The notes beneath the pieces were generated by a model. That model was given only the letters and a program-made list of their open reading frames with translations, searched no databases and was not told the origin of the DNA. A DNA stretch of 62,752 nucleotides, counting the filler, from Asterionella formosa (Eukaryota): assembly GCA_002256025.1 (NCBI GenBank). It is 19 parts of 19 records of this genome, joined end to end, with 100 filler letters (N's around TTAATTAATTAA, not from the genome) between each part and the next. Parts side by side here need not be neighbours in the genome. Positions count along the whole stretch, not along the records: positions 9,959 to 13,172 come from NKIB01014348.1; positions 13,273 to 16,485 come from NKIB01014349.1; positions 16,586 to 19,798 come from NKIB01014350.1; positions 19,899 to 23,108 come from NKIB01014351.1; positions 23,209 to 26,417 come from NKIB01014353.1; 14 more parts are not named here. One strand, written 5' to 3'. Shown piece by piece: positions 10,500 through 23,282 of the stretch. The translations under genes were made by a program, and so were the position numbers. Position 1 is the stretch's first letter; each line of letters begins with the position of its first letter.

Positions 10500-11960
10500 T
10501 TCCCTTCGTGCTCACCGTCATGATGCCACATGTCCTCTTCATCCTCATGGCATTCCTTTACAGGAATTCAATGAGCAGACGATGATGATGGACAAGGGTA
10601 CATGCTGGGCATACATTTCTGACAGTTTGGCCTCTTTTTGCTGGTGTGTTGAACACAGACCAGGATGGCTTACAGCCTATACCCAGAACAAGGTGATTCT
10701 TCCCGAGATAGAGGCAGCATGCATAGGTACGAGGGAAGAAAAAATCGTGTTAGAAACGGATTTGTTGAATTGATTCAGCATGCTGCAGAGGAAGCCATCA
10801 TGATGCTTTCTACAATCACTCCAGCAGGGTATATGGTATATCTCCAGAGCCTTTGCCATTCTTGGAAACAAGATCGGCTGTCCAAGAGCTGCTATGGGAA
10901 TAAGCGATCAAATCTATTCAACTTATTCAGGCTACATAATGGCACAGGCTTCACAGTTGATTTTGAGCTGGAACTTAGCAACCTTTTGCATGGTTTTTAG
11001 CGGATTATTGCAGTAGAGAATCATGATGGGATAGGAGATATTTGTGAGGGTAAGCACCCCATGAACAATCAACTATATCACCTGCTTTATACTTGGTTCA
11101 TTGAATTTTTATACTAGTATGTTAAAGCTATCCAATAATTGCACTCGTGCCCACTTAAATGGAAACAATTAGTACCAGGTTTATTCATCCGTATGGTACA
11201 ACAGTACCTGTCTCTTTGTCAGCAGCCTCACCCCCAGAACCCTATGGATTACTACATAAAAGAAATACAGGTGGAGAATACAGGAATCAAACCCGCTACC
11301 TCATGAGGTTTGCTAACCAATTAAGCCATTCCCCTACTTGCTTGGTTCATTAATTTAGGAACTGGTGATGGCATTTGGGGTCACCTATTCCTGGCCTTTA
11401 CTTGGAATCTGATTTGCAGGGTCAATAACAGAAGCCAAATCTGCTTGTCACATATGGAGTGGACTGAAAATGCTCTGCATAAATACTTTGCAAACACCAA
11501 GACAGACCAGAAAGGGACTCAATCAAAATATTCCAGACATATTTATGAAAATCCAATTGAGTGGGTAGTGTATCCTATATTTTATCTTGGTGTTTACTTG
11601 GGAAGATTTAATAATGTTTCTAAAGGAAATAGTTGCTTATTCCCTGGTCCCAATAAATTTAAGAGATTTTCATCTATTTTAAAGCAAAAGCCAAGAAAAG
11701 ACAGCTATTTGACTAAGGTATTGAATCAAACAACATCAGTATGCACAGTATAAGGAAGGGGGCTGCTACTTGTATTAGTGCCTACCCAGGGGGAACTTCA
11801 TCAGGTTCTAACAGTGTAAATGGTGGGTGGTCAATGGGCAGAGTCAAGGACATTGATGTCCAGTGATATGAACAGCATTTGTGGGAAGGTACTTAGATGG
11901 TCTACCCATGTTACTTGCATGATTCTCTTCCTCTCCCCCTATGTTTTTAAAATCTGAAAC
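10500..11960 (+). mobile_element. Degenerate Crypton (tyrosine recombinase) DNA transposon
   Basis: Fragments HLFLAFTWNLICRVNN, KTDQKG...RHIYENP, HSIRKGAAT (11744) and GGWSMGRVKD are typical of stramenopile Cryptons. There are multiple stops and frameshifts. Confidence 0.78.
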
Positions 11961-13699
11961 TTATGGTTATAAAATCAAAGCTGCAGTGTTTCCAATGATG
12001 CTCCTACTACTATGTATGTACCATTTGATGTACTACCCAGTATATCAGCATGTTGATGCGGCAGGAGGTACCTGGTACCTCCTGGCAAAGTATTTGGACA
12101 GGGCGGTATTTGTCGTAGTCACGCGATCTTTTTCGTATTCTATCGCCTATTACATGTTGGAGTGATTGTAACAGCCAAAGCAAAAGCATCATTTGCACAG
12201 CTTTATGTCGTAGTCACGTGATCATTTTCGTATTTTATCGCCTAGTACTTCGTGGTGAGTTGCCCCTGGTATACACCTGGTACCAAGTTACAGGTATTTG
12301 AAACACAGAAGAATTCTTGATTCCTGATTCCCAGTTAGGTCTCCACTTTTGTTTGAAGACATTATTTCCCTACTAGTCGTTGTGTTTGATGGAACAACGC
12401 GCAATTAGGTACCAAGGTTAATAACCTTCAGACATTTGATAAAGAACAATGTTTAAGGGCGAATTCTATCAAGTTTTCCCTATGTTAACCAAACATTTTT
12501 GGTAAACCCTAAACTATGAATGATTGGAGAGACAAATCAGTTCTGTCCAAAGGATTGAAGAACAATCGAATCATCCTACTATTAAAGGATTGAGGAACAA
12601 TCCAATCATCATAGCGCAGACACCTGAAAGAAGTATCTCAGTAAAGGAACATCTATGTCCTAGAATCTATCTAGGCTAGATGGATATTTATGTTAGAAGC
12701 AGGAAGAGGATGCAATCTACTTCGCTACAGCTGTAGGAACTATGAAGAACCTCGCTTCCAAGGAAAAAGGAACAAATTCAGTTCAGAAACATGTAGGAGT
12801 TGCCATGTTTCAATCGAAACTACATTTCAAAATTACATTTAGTTTAAGCTCACTCTTTTAGAAAGCACACAAATGAAATTACTCATACTACTCATCGAGT
12901 TGATTTCTAACTCAGGTAATGTACCATATTGTTAAATTCTCTTGTTGAAATATCACAGATCTTACTTTTAAGATCACTAAAGCTGAAAACGTAGTTTCAC
13001 TTTACACTTTGTAATATTGTGAGCTTTCTGTAAATAGTCTATCTAGGTCTTGTTCTTGCCTGATTACTCATGTAATTCCAAACAAGACTTCTCACACTTT
13101 CCTTGATCCCGTCAAAATGATCTTGCTTACTTTGACAATAAGTAAGCATATTCATTTGACAATAAGTGAGCANNNNNNNNNNNNNNNNNNNNNNNNNNNN
13201 NNNNNNNNNNNNNNNNTTAATTAATTAANNNNNNNNNNNNNNNNNNNNNNNNNNNNNNNNNNNNNNNNNNNNAGGATCATTTGATCATATTTTTAAGATC
13301 AAATAGTCCTGATTTCTGAAAATAAATTTTGATCTTTCATTTTCTCATCAACGGCACCATTTATCATATGATCGATATGTTATATGATCAAAGGAATAGT
13401 ATAAATGAATCAAACTTTATTGATAAAAGATCATAGTTTATACCGGAGTAGGCTAGTTGCTCATGCATGCAACCCCTTCCCCCCTGTATACAGTACGGAA
13501 GTGATAACCCCCAAGCTACCAAATTTTTATGTCTTGTAAGAATTATCGCAGCATGCATGCATACATGACTCCTACTGGTATATACTACAATGTGGAAATG
13601 ATGACCACGAGACTACCAATCCTATAGGTCCTGAATAATTATCGCAACATGGCTGCATATCTAATGTAAGGGTGGGAGGAGTCATCCATGCACCTATAT

Positions 13700-15560
13700 A
13701 GCATGAAATATGGAAATTATCAAATATAGTCTACACAAGGAGCAGTACATCATATATGCCAAGTTATTATAATTCCTATGAAATCTCTTGAACTGTTCTG
13801 CGCTTTTTCTCTACAATTGTTTTCATTGGCTGTTTCAATGGACAGCATTCGAATTGATTGTGCTTTGAACAAAGCAATGATCAAAGTCAATCCCATTGCA
13901 GCATGGTGAGTCTCAAAAATATGTATCAGCCAGTCGATTAAAATGGGACAGTCTTTTGTGCACCCTTCTTGCTTGTTGTGTTTGTACATTGACTTCTTGG
14001 CAACTGTCAGCCAAGAGCAGCAATGGTAGTATGCCACCATTTATTGTCTAAACGAATTTTCGAATGCATTCAGCTATGATATCTTCTGCTCCCCCCTCCT
14101 AAACACTATCTCGCCATCCTTGTCAAAGATTTTTCTTTATCCTTTGGCTGCACAGGCCCAGGTTTTTCAATGCCTTCATCTGCAAGGAGTTCAGCCAAGC
14201 AGGCCCATGTTGGCGTCAAGAAAACCTCAACCCCGATTTTCCTCACATGCTCCACCCATTGACTTCTTCACTGATGAAGTCAAGGTAGCTATATTGATTT
14301 CAGATGGCGCAAGCTTGTGTATAGATTGATGATGCCGAAAGCATTGCTTCTTTTTCCGGTAGGTACCTAACATTCTTGTTCCCGCAAGATCAGCAGTAAA
14401 CCCCTTTACTTCCCTTCCCAAGAACCTTCATTTCTCTTTCACAATTTTCCTGATGATGTTTGCAGAGCACCATTTTTAGTTCCCTTTTGATTTTTCCACA
14501 GGTTTTGATCCCTTTTGCATTCAAGTCAAGAAACAAGCAACTCATTGGGGTTTCTGGAGGTTTTGGTTGTCAGTGGCACCATACAGCAACAATCAACAGA
14601 TCGTGGCGGCTGTTCTACATTTTCTATAGCAAGTGACATTCAAGAAGGGTCTGGGATCATTGGGGAGAAAAATTAGTAGGCTTATCTGTGTTTGCCCCCG
14701 CCTGTTTGGCAGCCATTCTTCCATTGCTTTCTCTCAATAATTATTAGTATAGCCAATGAAAACCGTAATTAGATGAAATGTGACTTACGGTTTCTAATAT
14801 TTTACATTGTTGCACTACTGAAACTTGAATCCACAAATGGGCATTCAACTTGTGCTTGCTTCTTGCATTTTTGCAGTATAGACTGGCTGGTGGTCGATAG
14901 GCCAAAGTGTCTTGGCGCTTTTCATGAACATCTACAAAGGACTAGTTGTGTTTTTGTCGAGATTTGTGTCTAAATCCAACTGCTGCCATCCATTGAAATA
15001 TTCCAGATACATCAAAGAATACGCTCTTGTCTTCAAAGGTAAGGAACTGACTAGTACGATGACAAAGGAAATCTAATGAGACATGAAAAGTACGAAACCA
15101 GAATCAGCCACTCTGTTACTATAAACATACAGTCTCATGCTTCTTTGTGCATATCGCCTGATATGCTGCTTTTCAATTCTAGATGTATTACGTTCTTGTT
15201 AGAAAGACGATGTTACAGAGAAGTAGATTGTGCTGTTCTATAATGGATGTTGTTTAGCTATGATTGATGTTGTAACACTGATTGATGCTCTGGTGACAGA
15301 CCGGCCGGAAATATTTGTCTTGTGTGATGTGCCATTTATTTTTCATTGGATTTCTTTTCAAGCCCTTAACGGATTGCATAGGAACATCATACTGTGCAAT
15401 GTAGATGATGATTCATTGAAGACATATGATGACTTGAACAACAAATGAAGATTTTACCACAAACACTTGTTCCTCTCAACATGGCTTCTTTGTTGCTGTT
15501 GCAAAAATCAGAGTGAGGACTGGAGAGGATGATGAGCCTAATCACATTACTTTAACTGGT
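13700..15560 (-). pseudogene. Degenerate, unclassified transposon-like coding remnant
   Basis: Broken reading frames with Cys/His clusters (YHCCSW, PICGFK). The right end (~15520-15760) is homologous, as reverse complement, to the repeat at ~28930-29135. Confidence 0.3.
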
Positions 15561-16585
15561 ACATTATCCTACCAAGAAATTTAAATAAAGGAACCTCACA
15601 GAAACAATACATATAATAATTAAATTTCCATAGTCAAAAGGGTTACTATTTAAATTACAAGGGCATTTATCAAAATTATTAGATGATATAACAAAAAATT
15701 ATGATCAGATGATCATAATCCTATGAGGATGCATCATAGGAATATGATGGTTTTTATTTGCAGATGTTAATTGGTAAGAAGTTTTTGATCAAAAAGCATC
15801 TGTGCTTAAAGTTGAAACAGAAGTGTATTTAGGAAGAGGATGTAGTTAATCACAGTTCAAGTTGAAAACATAAATTAGCTAACCTTGCCTCTAAAGGTCA
15901 CCTTTCTGTTGAAACATGCATGGGCATTGAAAATTTCCAAACTATACATTCAATTTTACATTAAGCTCACTTCTTTATGAAAGTAACTATTAGCAAACAA
16001 ACAAAGAAAAACAAACCAGTTGTGCAAAAACAATTTCCAGGGATTAGTAGCATCTTTCAACTACCAGTGTATTTTTTTAACCTGCTGTCGTCATTCTTAT
16101 AGGTACCAAAATGTTGGAGCTATGATGTCCCATCATATTATTATACTTCACTGTAAATTGAGAATTGAGAATATCAATTAATTTTTCCAATAACTTGCAA
16201 TGTTGGGTAGCTGGTACAAAGCAACATAGGATACATCATGTGTGTCCTCTCCTTGGGCAAAGTCGAGGTGGAAACTTGTCTTCCAAGCTTCATGAACACA
16301 GAAATGAGAGAAGTTTTATGGTATACTTCTCGTTTTCCATATCAAGAGCATAATATTCTGTTGGAAAAGGAATACACATTGTGCACTGATGTTACAACAT
16401 CAAGCATAGCTAAATCTTGATAATTCTATGAGCTCCCATGGCATCAATCACAAAACCATCATCTACCATCTCGAGTGGTTGCAATNNNNNNNNNNNNNNN
16501 NNNNNNNNNNNNNNNNNNNNNNNNNNNNNTTAATTAATTAANNNNNNNNNNNNNNNNNNNNNNNNNNNNNNNNNNNNNNNNNNNN

Positions 16586-16766
16586 TATCGAAGTGACGAT
16601 ATCCAGCCTCAATGGCATCTAAAATAATCTGCTCCCCGTCAACTGGGATTTTGTATAGTCCAAATGCCAATTTTGGAATGGCAATGCCATTGTTCATGAT
16701 GATACAAGATGATGATGATGATGATGATGATGTGGGACGATCCTTGATGATGTTACAGGGTGCCAT
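16586..16766 (-). CDS. Aldo-keto reductase, 5' part (truncated by the contig end)
   Basis: [17 protein letters not shown]...[10 protein letters not shown] is the canonical AKR N-terminus. Confidence 0.85.
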
Positions 16767-17764
16767 GTTTGTGGAAGTGTCGGTGCCTTTTTGTTCTTAG
16801 TAGAACAGAGCTTGGTTACCATGAGATAGTAAATGTATGAAAGCGTCCTGGCATTTAAAAGCAGGAACAAGCAGGTCAAATCGTTTCGTCATGCGAGTAA
16901 CTTGAAGGAATATACGGTATTTCCGCTTGGATTATAGATCCAATGATGCACCGGAGTTTGTACCGGTAGCTAAGTATAGCTGAGACGATATAACAACAAT
17001 CATTCGCTGCTCATACTGGTAATGTGCATTTTCCGTGCCCGAATCGGCTGCAAGACCAACAACTGACAAAATCGACTCTCTTCTTGTGATAGATGTGCGG
17101 ACAATGCCTTGCCTTCTGACGTCATTTGGGTTTGGTCGTGCTTCGAAATCATCATTATGATTGCCGCTGCTTTCTTATTGGCGAGGATGATGAGCGGCAA
17201 GCCGACAGCAACAATTTTTTGCCAAGATACACCCTGTAGTATGCCGGCAGTACTGTCGGATGATTTGACTACGAGGCTGCTCCCGGTAGTACTGATGTCC
17301 CTGATGAGCGTCGTGCAAGCGCGGCAGGCAGGTGTTTCGATAATTGAGAACTTATGGTAGCCGTTTGATAATACATACATATATTTCTTGCTTGATAATT
17401 TTGATTTAAGCATTTATATATACTTCATGTACTCATACATGTGGATTGTACCTATACCTAGTACCAGGGTACATGGTCACCATTCTTATACAGCTGCCAA
17501 CGTTTACAGTATACAATCATGGTGCAAACAAACCAATACTACCGGGAAGCCCGACGAAAAAGTCTACAGCCTACGGTAACAATTGGAAGCAATAGCACTA
17601 TAGAACAAGGTATGAAACGTTAAACTGCATCCTCACCTTTTCCCGGGTATGGATCTTTTATTATAGGGTCAAGGAGCGAGCATTCGAAGGCATGAATAGA
17701 CCTCCAACGTATTCTGTTTTGTTCGTGTTATTCCCCCATGTACTAATACTTCCCTAATCTGACG

Positions 17765-18640
17765 CTAGGTAGTTTCGCGGGTTCGTAATTCGATTTCTGG
17801 CGGTGGCGCGTAATACGAAGTCTCTTCTGGAGAAGCATGTTTCTCTGTCTTAACCACACAATCCAAAATTTTCGATATAGGATACGCCACGGGAAACAAA
17901 ACGAACATACAGCATCGGACCAATGGGACCATTTTAGAAGCAATTGTCATTTTGTGAGGACCAGTAAATACGGCTGATGGAATAATTTCACCAAAAAATA
18001 GCACCCCAATGACAGCAATCAATAGAGCCATATGAGTTGGGAATATAGAATCCAGAAAGATAGGTAGGGCTTCGTTGGCAATGCTATTGAGAAGTAGAAG
18101 AGTCACAAGCAGCAAATGATGCTTTCTGACAACAGGAAGGATACATGCTGCTTGATCCCGTTCTTTCTCTGTTGTCGAGACAGATCGTATCTTATTGACC
18201 AATATTTGTGGATCTAGACTCACAAGTCCTATAGTCAGACCCGAGGCGTAAGCAGCTGTTAGGAGGCATAGAAGCGCGCCTAGGCCGTTTCTGATGTAAT
18301 ACCAGTCTGATTCTGGGTATCTCTCGGTTTCTACCGGTGGTTCGGTTTCCTGTGATTCGTCATAATAAGGGTCATATAGGACTCTCCGAGGGAGTGATGA
18401 AGAGCAACGAGGAAAGTATGGTGCAAACTCATTGGAAGTGGGATGGCAAAGTCCCGAAATGCCGGCTGCTTCCAACAGAATGGAAGCTTCCATTGATGCC
18501 GACGAGATATTGATTGGTTCTGATATAGAGGAAGCTTGTGAATGTGTCACGAGGAGGAGAGATGGAAATGCAGAAAGTAAGAACATTGTCAACACTGTTC
18601 TTTGCACAGTCGTCATGTTGGTTCCAGGTACCATCGTCAT
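17765..18640 (-). CDS. DUF21 (CNNM/CorB transmembrane domain) protein
   Basis: Motifs ASGLTIGLVSLD, HLLLVTLLLLNSIANEALPIFLD, FFGEIIPSA and FPVAYPISKILD. There is a signal-like N-terminus, and the start is uncertain. Confidence 0.85.
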   Translation of the reverse strand: MTMVPGTNMTTVQRTVLTMFLLSAFPSLLLVTHSQASSISEPINISSASMEASILLEAAGISGLCHPTSNEFAPYFPRCSSSLPRRVLYDPYYDESQETEPPVETERYPESDWYYIRNGLGALLCLLTAAYASGLTIGLVSLDPQILVNKIRSVSTTEKERDQAACILPVVRKHHLLLVTLLLLNSIANEALPIFLDSIFPTHMALLIAVIGVLFFGEIIPSAVFTGPHKMTIASKMVPLVRCCMFVLFPVAYPISKILDCVVKTEKHASPEETSYYAPPPEIELRTRETT

Positions 18641-19898
18641 TTGTTGACGACAACAAAAATTGTGATCCGTTTTACTTAATTTATATTCGAGGTATAATAC
18701 CGGTATATAGTACGTATATATATACATGCATGATGGTTTGATATACCGGTAGGTATTCTTCCCTGCTTTCACTTTATCTATTATGTACCACAAACAGTAT
18801 TTATTACGTTACCCGTATGAATAATACTCCCTACATAGCTACATAACGCACTGACGGAATAAAGCATACCGGTAGTACATGCACTGTGGTACTGGTACCA
18901 TTACCAGTACCAGTACCTAGCAGGTGCCAGGGACACCATATTATATGGGAGATGTTGCGTGCACAACAGCAACAACTGACGATATCAGGCACTGGAAGTT
19001 TGAATATTTTGGTCGTGGTACCCGGTAATTGTATTTATCATATACAATGTACACTATCTATGTTACGTAGGAGTAGAAGGCGAAGATAAAATTTTTAAGT
19101 AGCTATCATACCGTGTACTGGTACCATCATGGATGTCCTGGTGGCTACCTGGTACCTGGTACCAGTTACCACTAAATACTGCTGCTACCGGGTACCTGGT
19201 ACAAGGTGGTACTGAATTCCCTGATGGCATATACCATGTACGATACCTGCTGGTACCTGGTACCAGGTACCATGTTTTACGGCACCGGTAAAGGTACCAG
19301 GTAGCATTCTCCTTGCTCCTTTCGTTGCTTGAGAAAAGTCCAATACTGCTTTTGTTAAGGACAGATTTAGCATTTTCGGGATTGATTCGGCGAAATAGGA
19401 ATAAACTAAAGACGGATCAATCCGATGTTCAATGGCTTGTACGTAAACAATATGAACAAATATACAACAGAACAAATTAAAATGCAAATATTAGGACCAA
19501 ATTGCAGTTTGGTTTTCGCACTTTTCTTTTCGGCTCGAACCACCACCCATTGAAATGAGTGCTCGTGCCACCTTTGGAACGACCGGCGCAGAGATCGTTC
19601 TTCTGTGGCCTATGCATTTGTACAGCAAGAAGAACTCCACATCAAAACACCAGTAATCGGTACCGGTAAAAACAAGACGAGAACGTAAATCATAATAAAA
19701 AACACCAAACAGAAATACCATTCTTTGTGTGCTGCCCTCAGCATCGTACATTCCATTCAAATTACCATCAGAATGAACGCCTCCATCCTCCGCCGAAGNN
19801 NNNNNNNNNNNNNNNNNNNNNNNNNNNNNNNNNNNNNNNNNNTTAATTAATTAANNNNNNNNNNNNNNNNNNNNNNNNNNNNNNNNNNNNNNNNNNNN

Positions 19899-21100
19899 AA
19901 GGCGACAATAGAAATCCTGTAACAGAATGGTATAATTTGAGTCTACATAAGGACAAGTCGTATCCAGATAACTTATTATTCATTTATTTTTCCAGATCAC
20001 TGACTTCAATGTCTGGCAAAAGAGATACTAATTGCCATCCATCAACTTTTTTCTTCCTTCTAACGTTAAGTTTAACATTGTCAGCAAAAACGGATGCTCG
20101 GAATGTTTCATTTGTTTATCAATAGGTGAACCATCACTGAAAACTGCTAGGGCAACAAATAAACACCCTGTCTTCAACACTCCTTTTTCTGATGCAGGAG
20201 AATTGTTGAATGCATTTTCAAACCAAGTCGCAGAAGTTACTTCGTCATATATGCGTTCTCCACAAGTTGTAAGTTTCACTTGTGGGTGACATACAAAATG
20301 TTGCATGATATCGGAATCACGTAGCAATCCTGCCATGAGCTGTACTGGTTCGAAATAATGGAGTGTGCGTGGGATGATCATGTTAGAATTGTTATCAATC
20401 TGTATTTTTTTGGTCGTCCAGCTAATGTTGGTGGAAATGAAATATCCATGCGTTTTTCCAAAGTCTGGTAGGATGGAGCTTGATACCTTCCATCAAAAAA
20501 TTTCATTGCTTTTGCCTCGAACAGCCATTTCATTAGATGATCAAAGTAAACTGGCGGAAGGTAATTCTCGTTAAGGAATAATATGAGATCTAATTCTATT
20601 GGATGCATGTTTAGGGAATGTTTACTTGGAAGTTGAAATTGAGGAGGAAGGGGCATTTCCATTGCATTTTCAGGGAGAAAGCCGGTGTGATCTTGGAAAT
20701 CTGAATATTGCATGGTCTCTGAATTCAATCCTTGGAGAGTTTTTAGTCTCAATTGTTCGTCTTGTTGTGACTGAATATTGTTATAAACTGAATCGTCGCT
20801 GTCGTCATGAAATGGATGATTGTGGCCACTTGATTCAATGAAAGGACACATAATCTCTTTTTGTTGTCTACTCTTCCTAAATACTGCAGCAGTTACACTG
20901 CCATTAATTTCTTTCCTTGATTGATTCGATGCGCGCACTATCGCAATACATAGTTTCATTATGTATTCCAGGAACTCGATGTTCTTGCATGCAATGTCGA
21001 TAGTGACCATATGTATAGAAAACACGGTTGCTACAATTTCGGTTGTGAGACGACTCAGATGGGGATTTGTTCTTCCGAAATTTGTCTTTACTTTGATCAC
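19899..21100 (-). mobile_element. Plavaka/CMC-like DDE transposase, 5' part, degenerate
   Basis: YFEPVQLMAGLL...YDEVTSATWF...VALAVFSDGSPIDKQMKHSEHPFLLTMLNL, with a frameshift near 20380. It continues on the contig ending at 42949 through a 63-bp overlap. Confidence 0.7.
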
Positions 21101-21419
21101 ATTATTACCTCAAGGTTAAACAAATATAAATGCTAGTCAAACAAATAATTATGTTTAAGCAATCAACATTTAAATTAAATTCTAGCTACAATCGCAAAAT
21201 CAATCAAATTAATCGCTTCGCTATATAGTCTATATTGATACTTTCTATAGAATGTGATTCTCAAACCAATACGACAAGCAATGGATGTTCATTCTTGCAG
21301 CTGGATGCTGTAACGACTCACAAGATTGCGTGGCTACTCATACTTGCAGGAGTCCCTGTTGCTACTATCGGTAGATCAATTCATAGCAAATGAGCCGGCT
21401 GCTCATTTTCATTGCTCAG

Positions 21420-22130
21420 ATTGATTGTCTGCTGTAGAAACAAGAGGGCAACAGCATTTGCAGAGTGAGTTGATGAGATAGCAAAAGTTGCGAAGCCATG
21501 ATTTCGGTTCTGTGTGCTCCTTACCATGTTCCCCAATGTCCAACCCAGCCCTCATCAAATTGATTGTCTGCAATCAGTAAACAACGGTCGCAGAGTGAGT
21601 TCATGGACAAACAATTGTTACAAAGGCATCGTTCTTGTTGTGCTTACCATGCCGCCTGGCTGATTCCCAACAAATCTCTTGCTCATGAGATTGATTGTCT
21701 GTAGACAAAGAACAGCGTTTGCAGAGTAAGTTCGTGATCAACAATTAACAAGCACAAAATCAAGCCCTTCTTCTAATTCATTACAAATAGGCAATGTCTG
21801 CGCTAACAATTCCGAACAAAAACGATAACAAAGACGAAGGAGAATAGGAGAGGAGATCCGCCCACAACAAGCAACAGCAAACAATATCAGCAGAAGGCAA
21901 GAAAACATTGCACTTGCTTACCATGTATAAATTTGTCCCCTATGCACCAGAGGAATCCTTTCAACAATGCGAATAACAAATGATTGATAGCCTGCCTTAC
22001 ACAGGATAGCCATCCTGAAACAGGCAGAGCACGACGCATTTCATTATTCCCAAGGTTCAATCCTGCCCTGCCAAAAACAGATTGATTGTCTGTAGAAAAA
22101 GAACAAGGTTCGCAGAGTATGTTCATGACT
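21420..22130 (-). repeat. Tandem array of related exon-intron units
   Basis: On the minus strand AG|ACAATCAA starts four units, CATG|GTAAG ends three, and CTCAC/CTTAC branch-like motifs lie in the introns. Confidence 0.6.
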
Positions 22131-23282
22131 GACCACTTTTCCAATTCCAAACGGCACAAGTAAGAGGAAGAACGAAATGGAGGTAAAGGAACTACATCAG
22201 CAATCAAACATAGTTCCAAACACAAGACGAAGAAAACGAGCGACGGTGCAGAGCAACAACAAAAAGAACAACAGCAATGTGACAAAAGACCTGTTTCCAT
22301 TTCCCAAAATATTAACTTCTTACCATAATTTCTCGAACTTTCAGATGCATCCTTTCTGTGATGACAAGCAAGGAGAAACAAAAAATGCCTGCCTGTTTCT
22401 TCCAGAGGAGCCGGCCCACAACAGAGTCCTTCTTCTTATCTGGAAGCGAAGAACAAGATTCATATAGTCAGATGATGGCTGGTTTTTAACAAACAAGACC
22501 TTTTTATATTCCATATCAAACAATGCATGTTCAAGTTCAAACGCAGGGCGAGGAACACAAAGGAAGAGAAGGTTATACAGCCACAGTAACCATAACGAAA
22601 GAACAATAGAATGATAACAAGAAAAATGAAAGCAGAAACAGCAGGGACAGCGGTAACGACAACGAGAACACAACCATGATAGCAGAAAAGACGACAAAAA
22701 CGACAACAAAAACAATAACAATGACAATAATTTCATTTTACCATGAATGTGATATTTTGTTCCTTTCATTCCAGCAGCTGCTTTTCGTTAAGAAAACTGG
22801 CGCGGACAGTCCTCCTCGCCAACATTCATTTGGTACTAAATTTTGTACTTTGTACTTCAGAAAAAGCTGGCGCAGTCTATGCTTAGTCAGTATTGATCAA
22901 ATTCGTCATCAGGATGCGTAAAATTTTCGGTGCTTGCTGTGGACTGATGACCAGTGCTGTAGCAACCTAAATTCCAATTCATTTCTTTCTCAACCAATTT
23001 GATGCCGATTTCTATCTAATATATTATTTGATGTACCCGAAATCAAAGACTTCTTGTCGAATGTCGATATGCTCAGAACGAACGTATATTGTCCAAAGGA
23101 GGCATCAGNNNNNNNNNNNNNNNNNNNNNNNNNNNNNNNNNNNNNNNNNNNNTTAATTAATTAANNNNNNNNNNNNNNNNNNNNNNNNNNNNNNNNNNNN
23201 NNNNNNNNTTATCCTTTCTTACCCACTTAGAACGATCGCCAGGACGTTCATTTGCAAAAGTTGCCAGTCATTCCTCTCTCTG

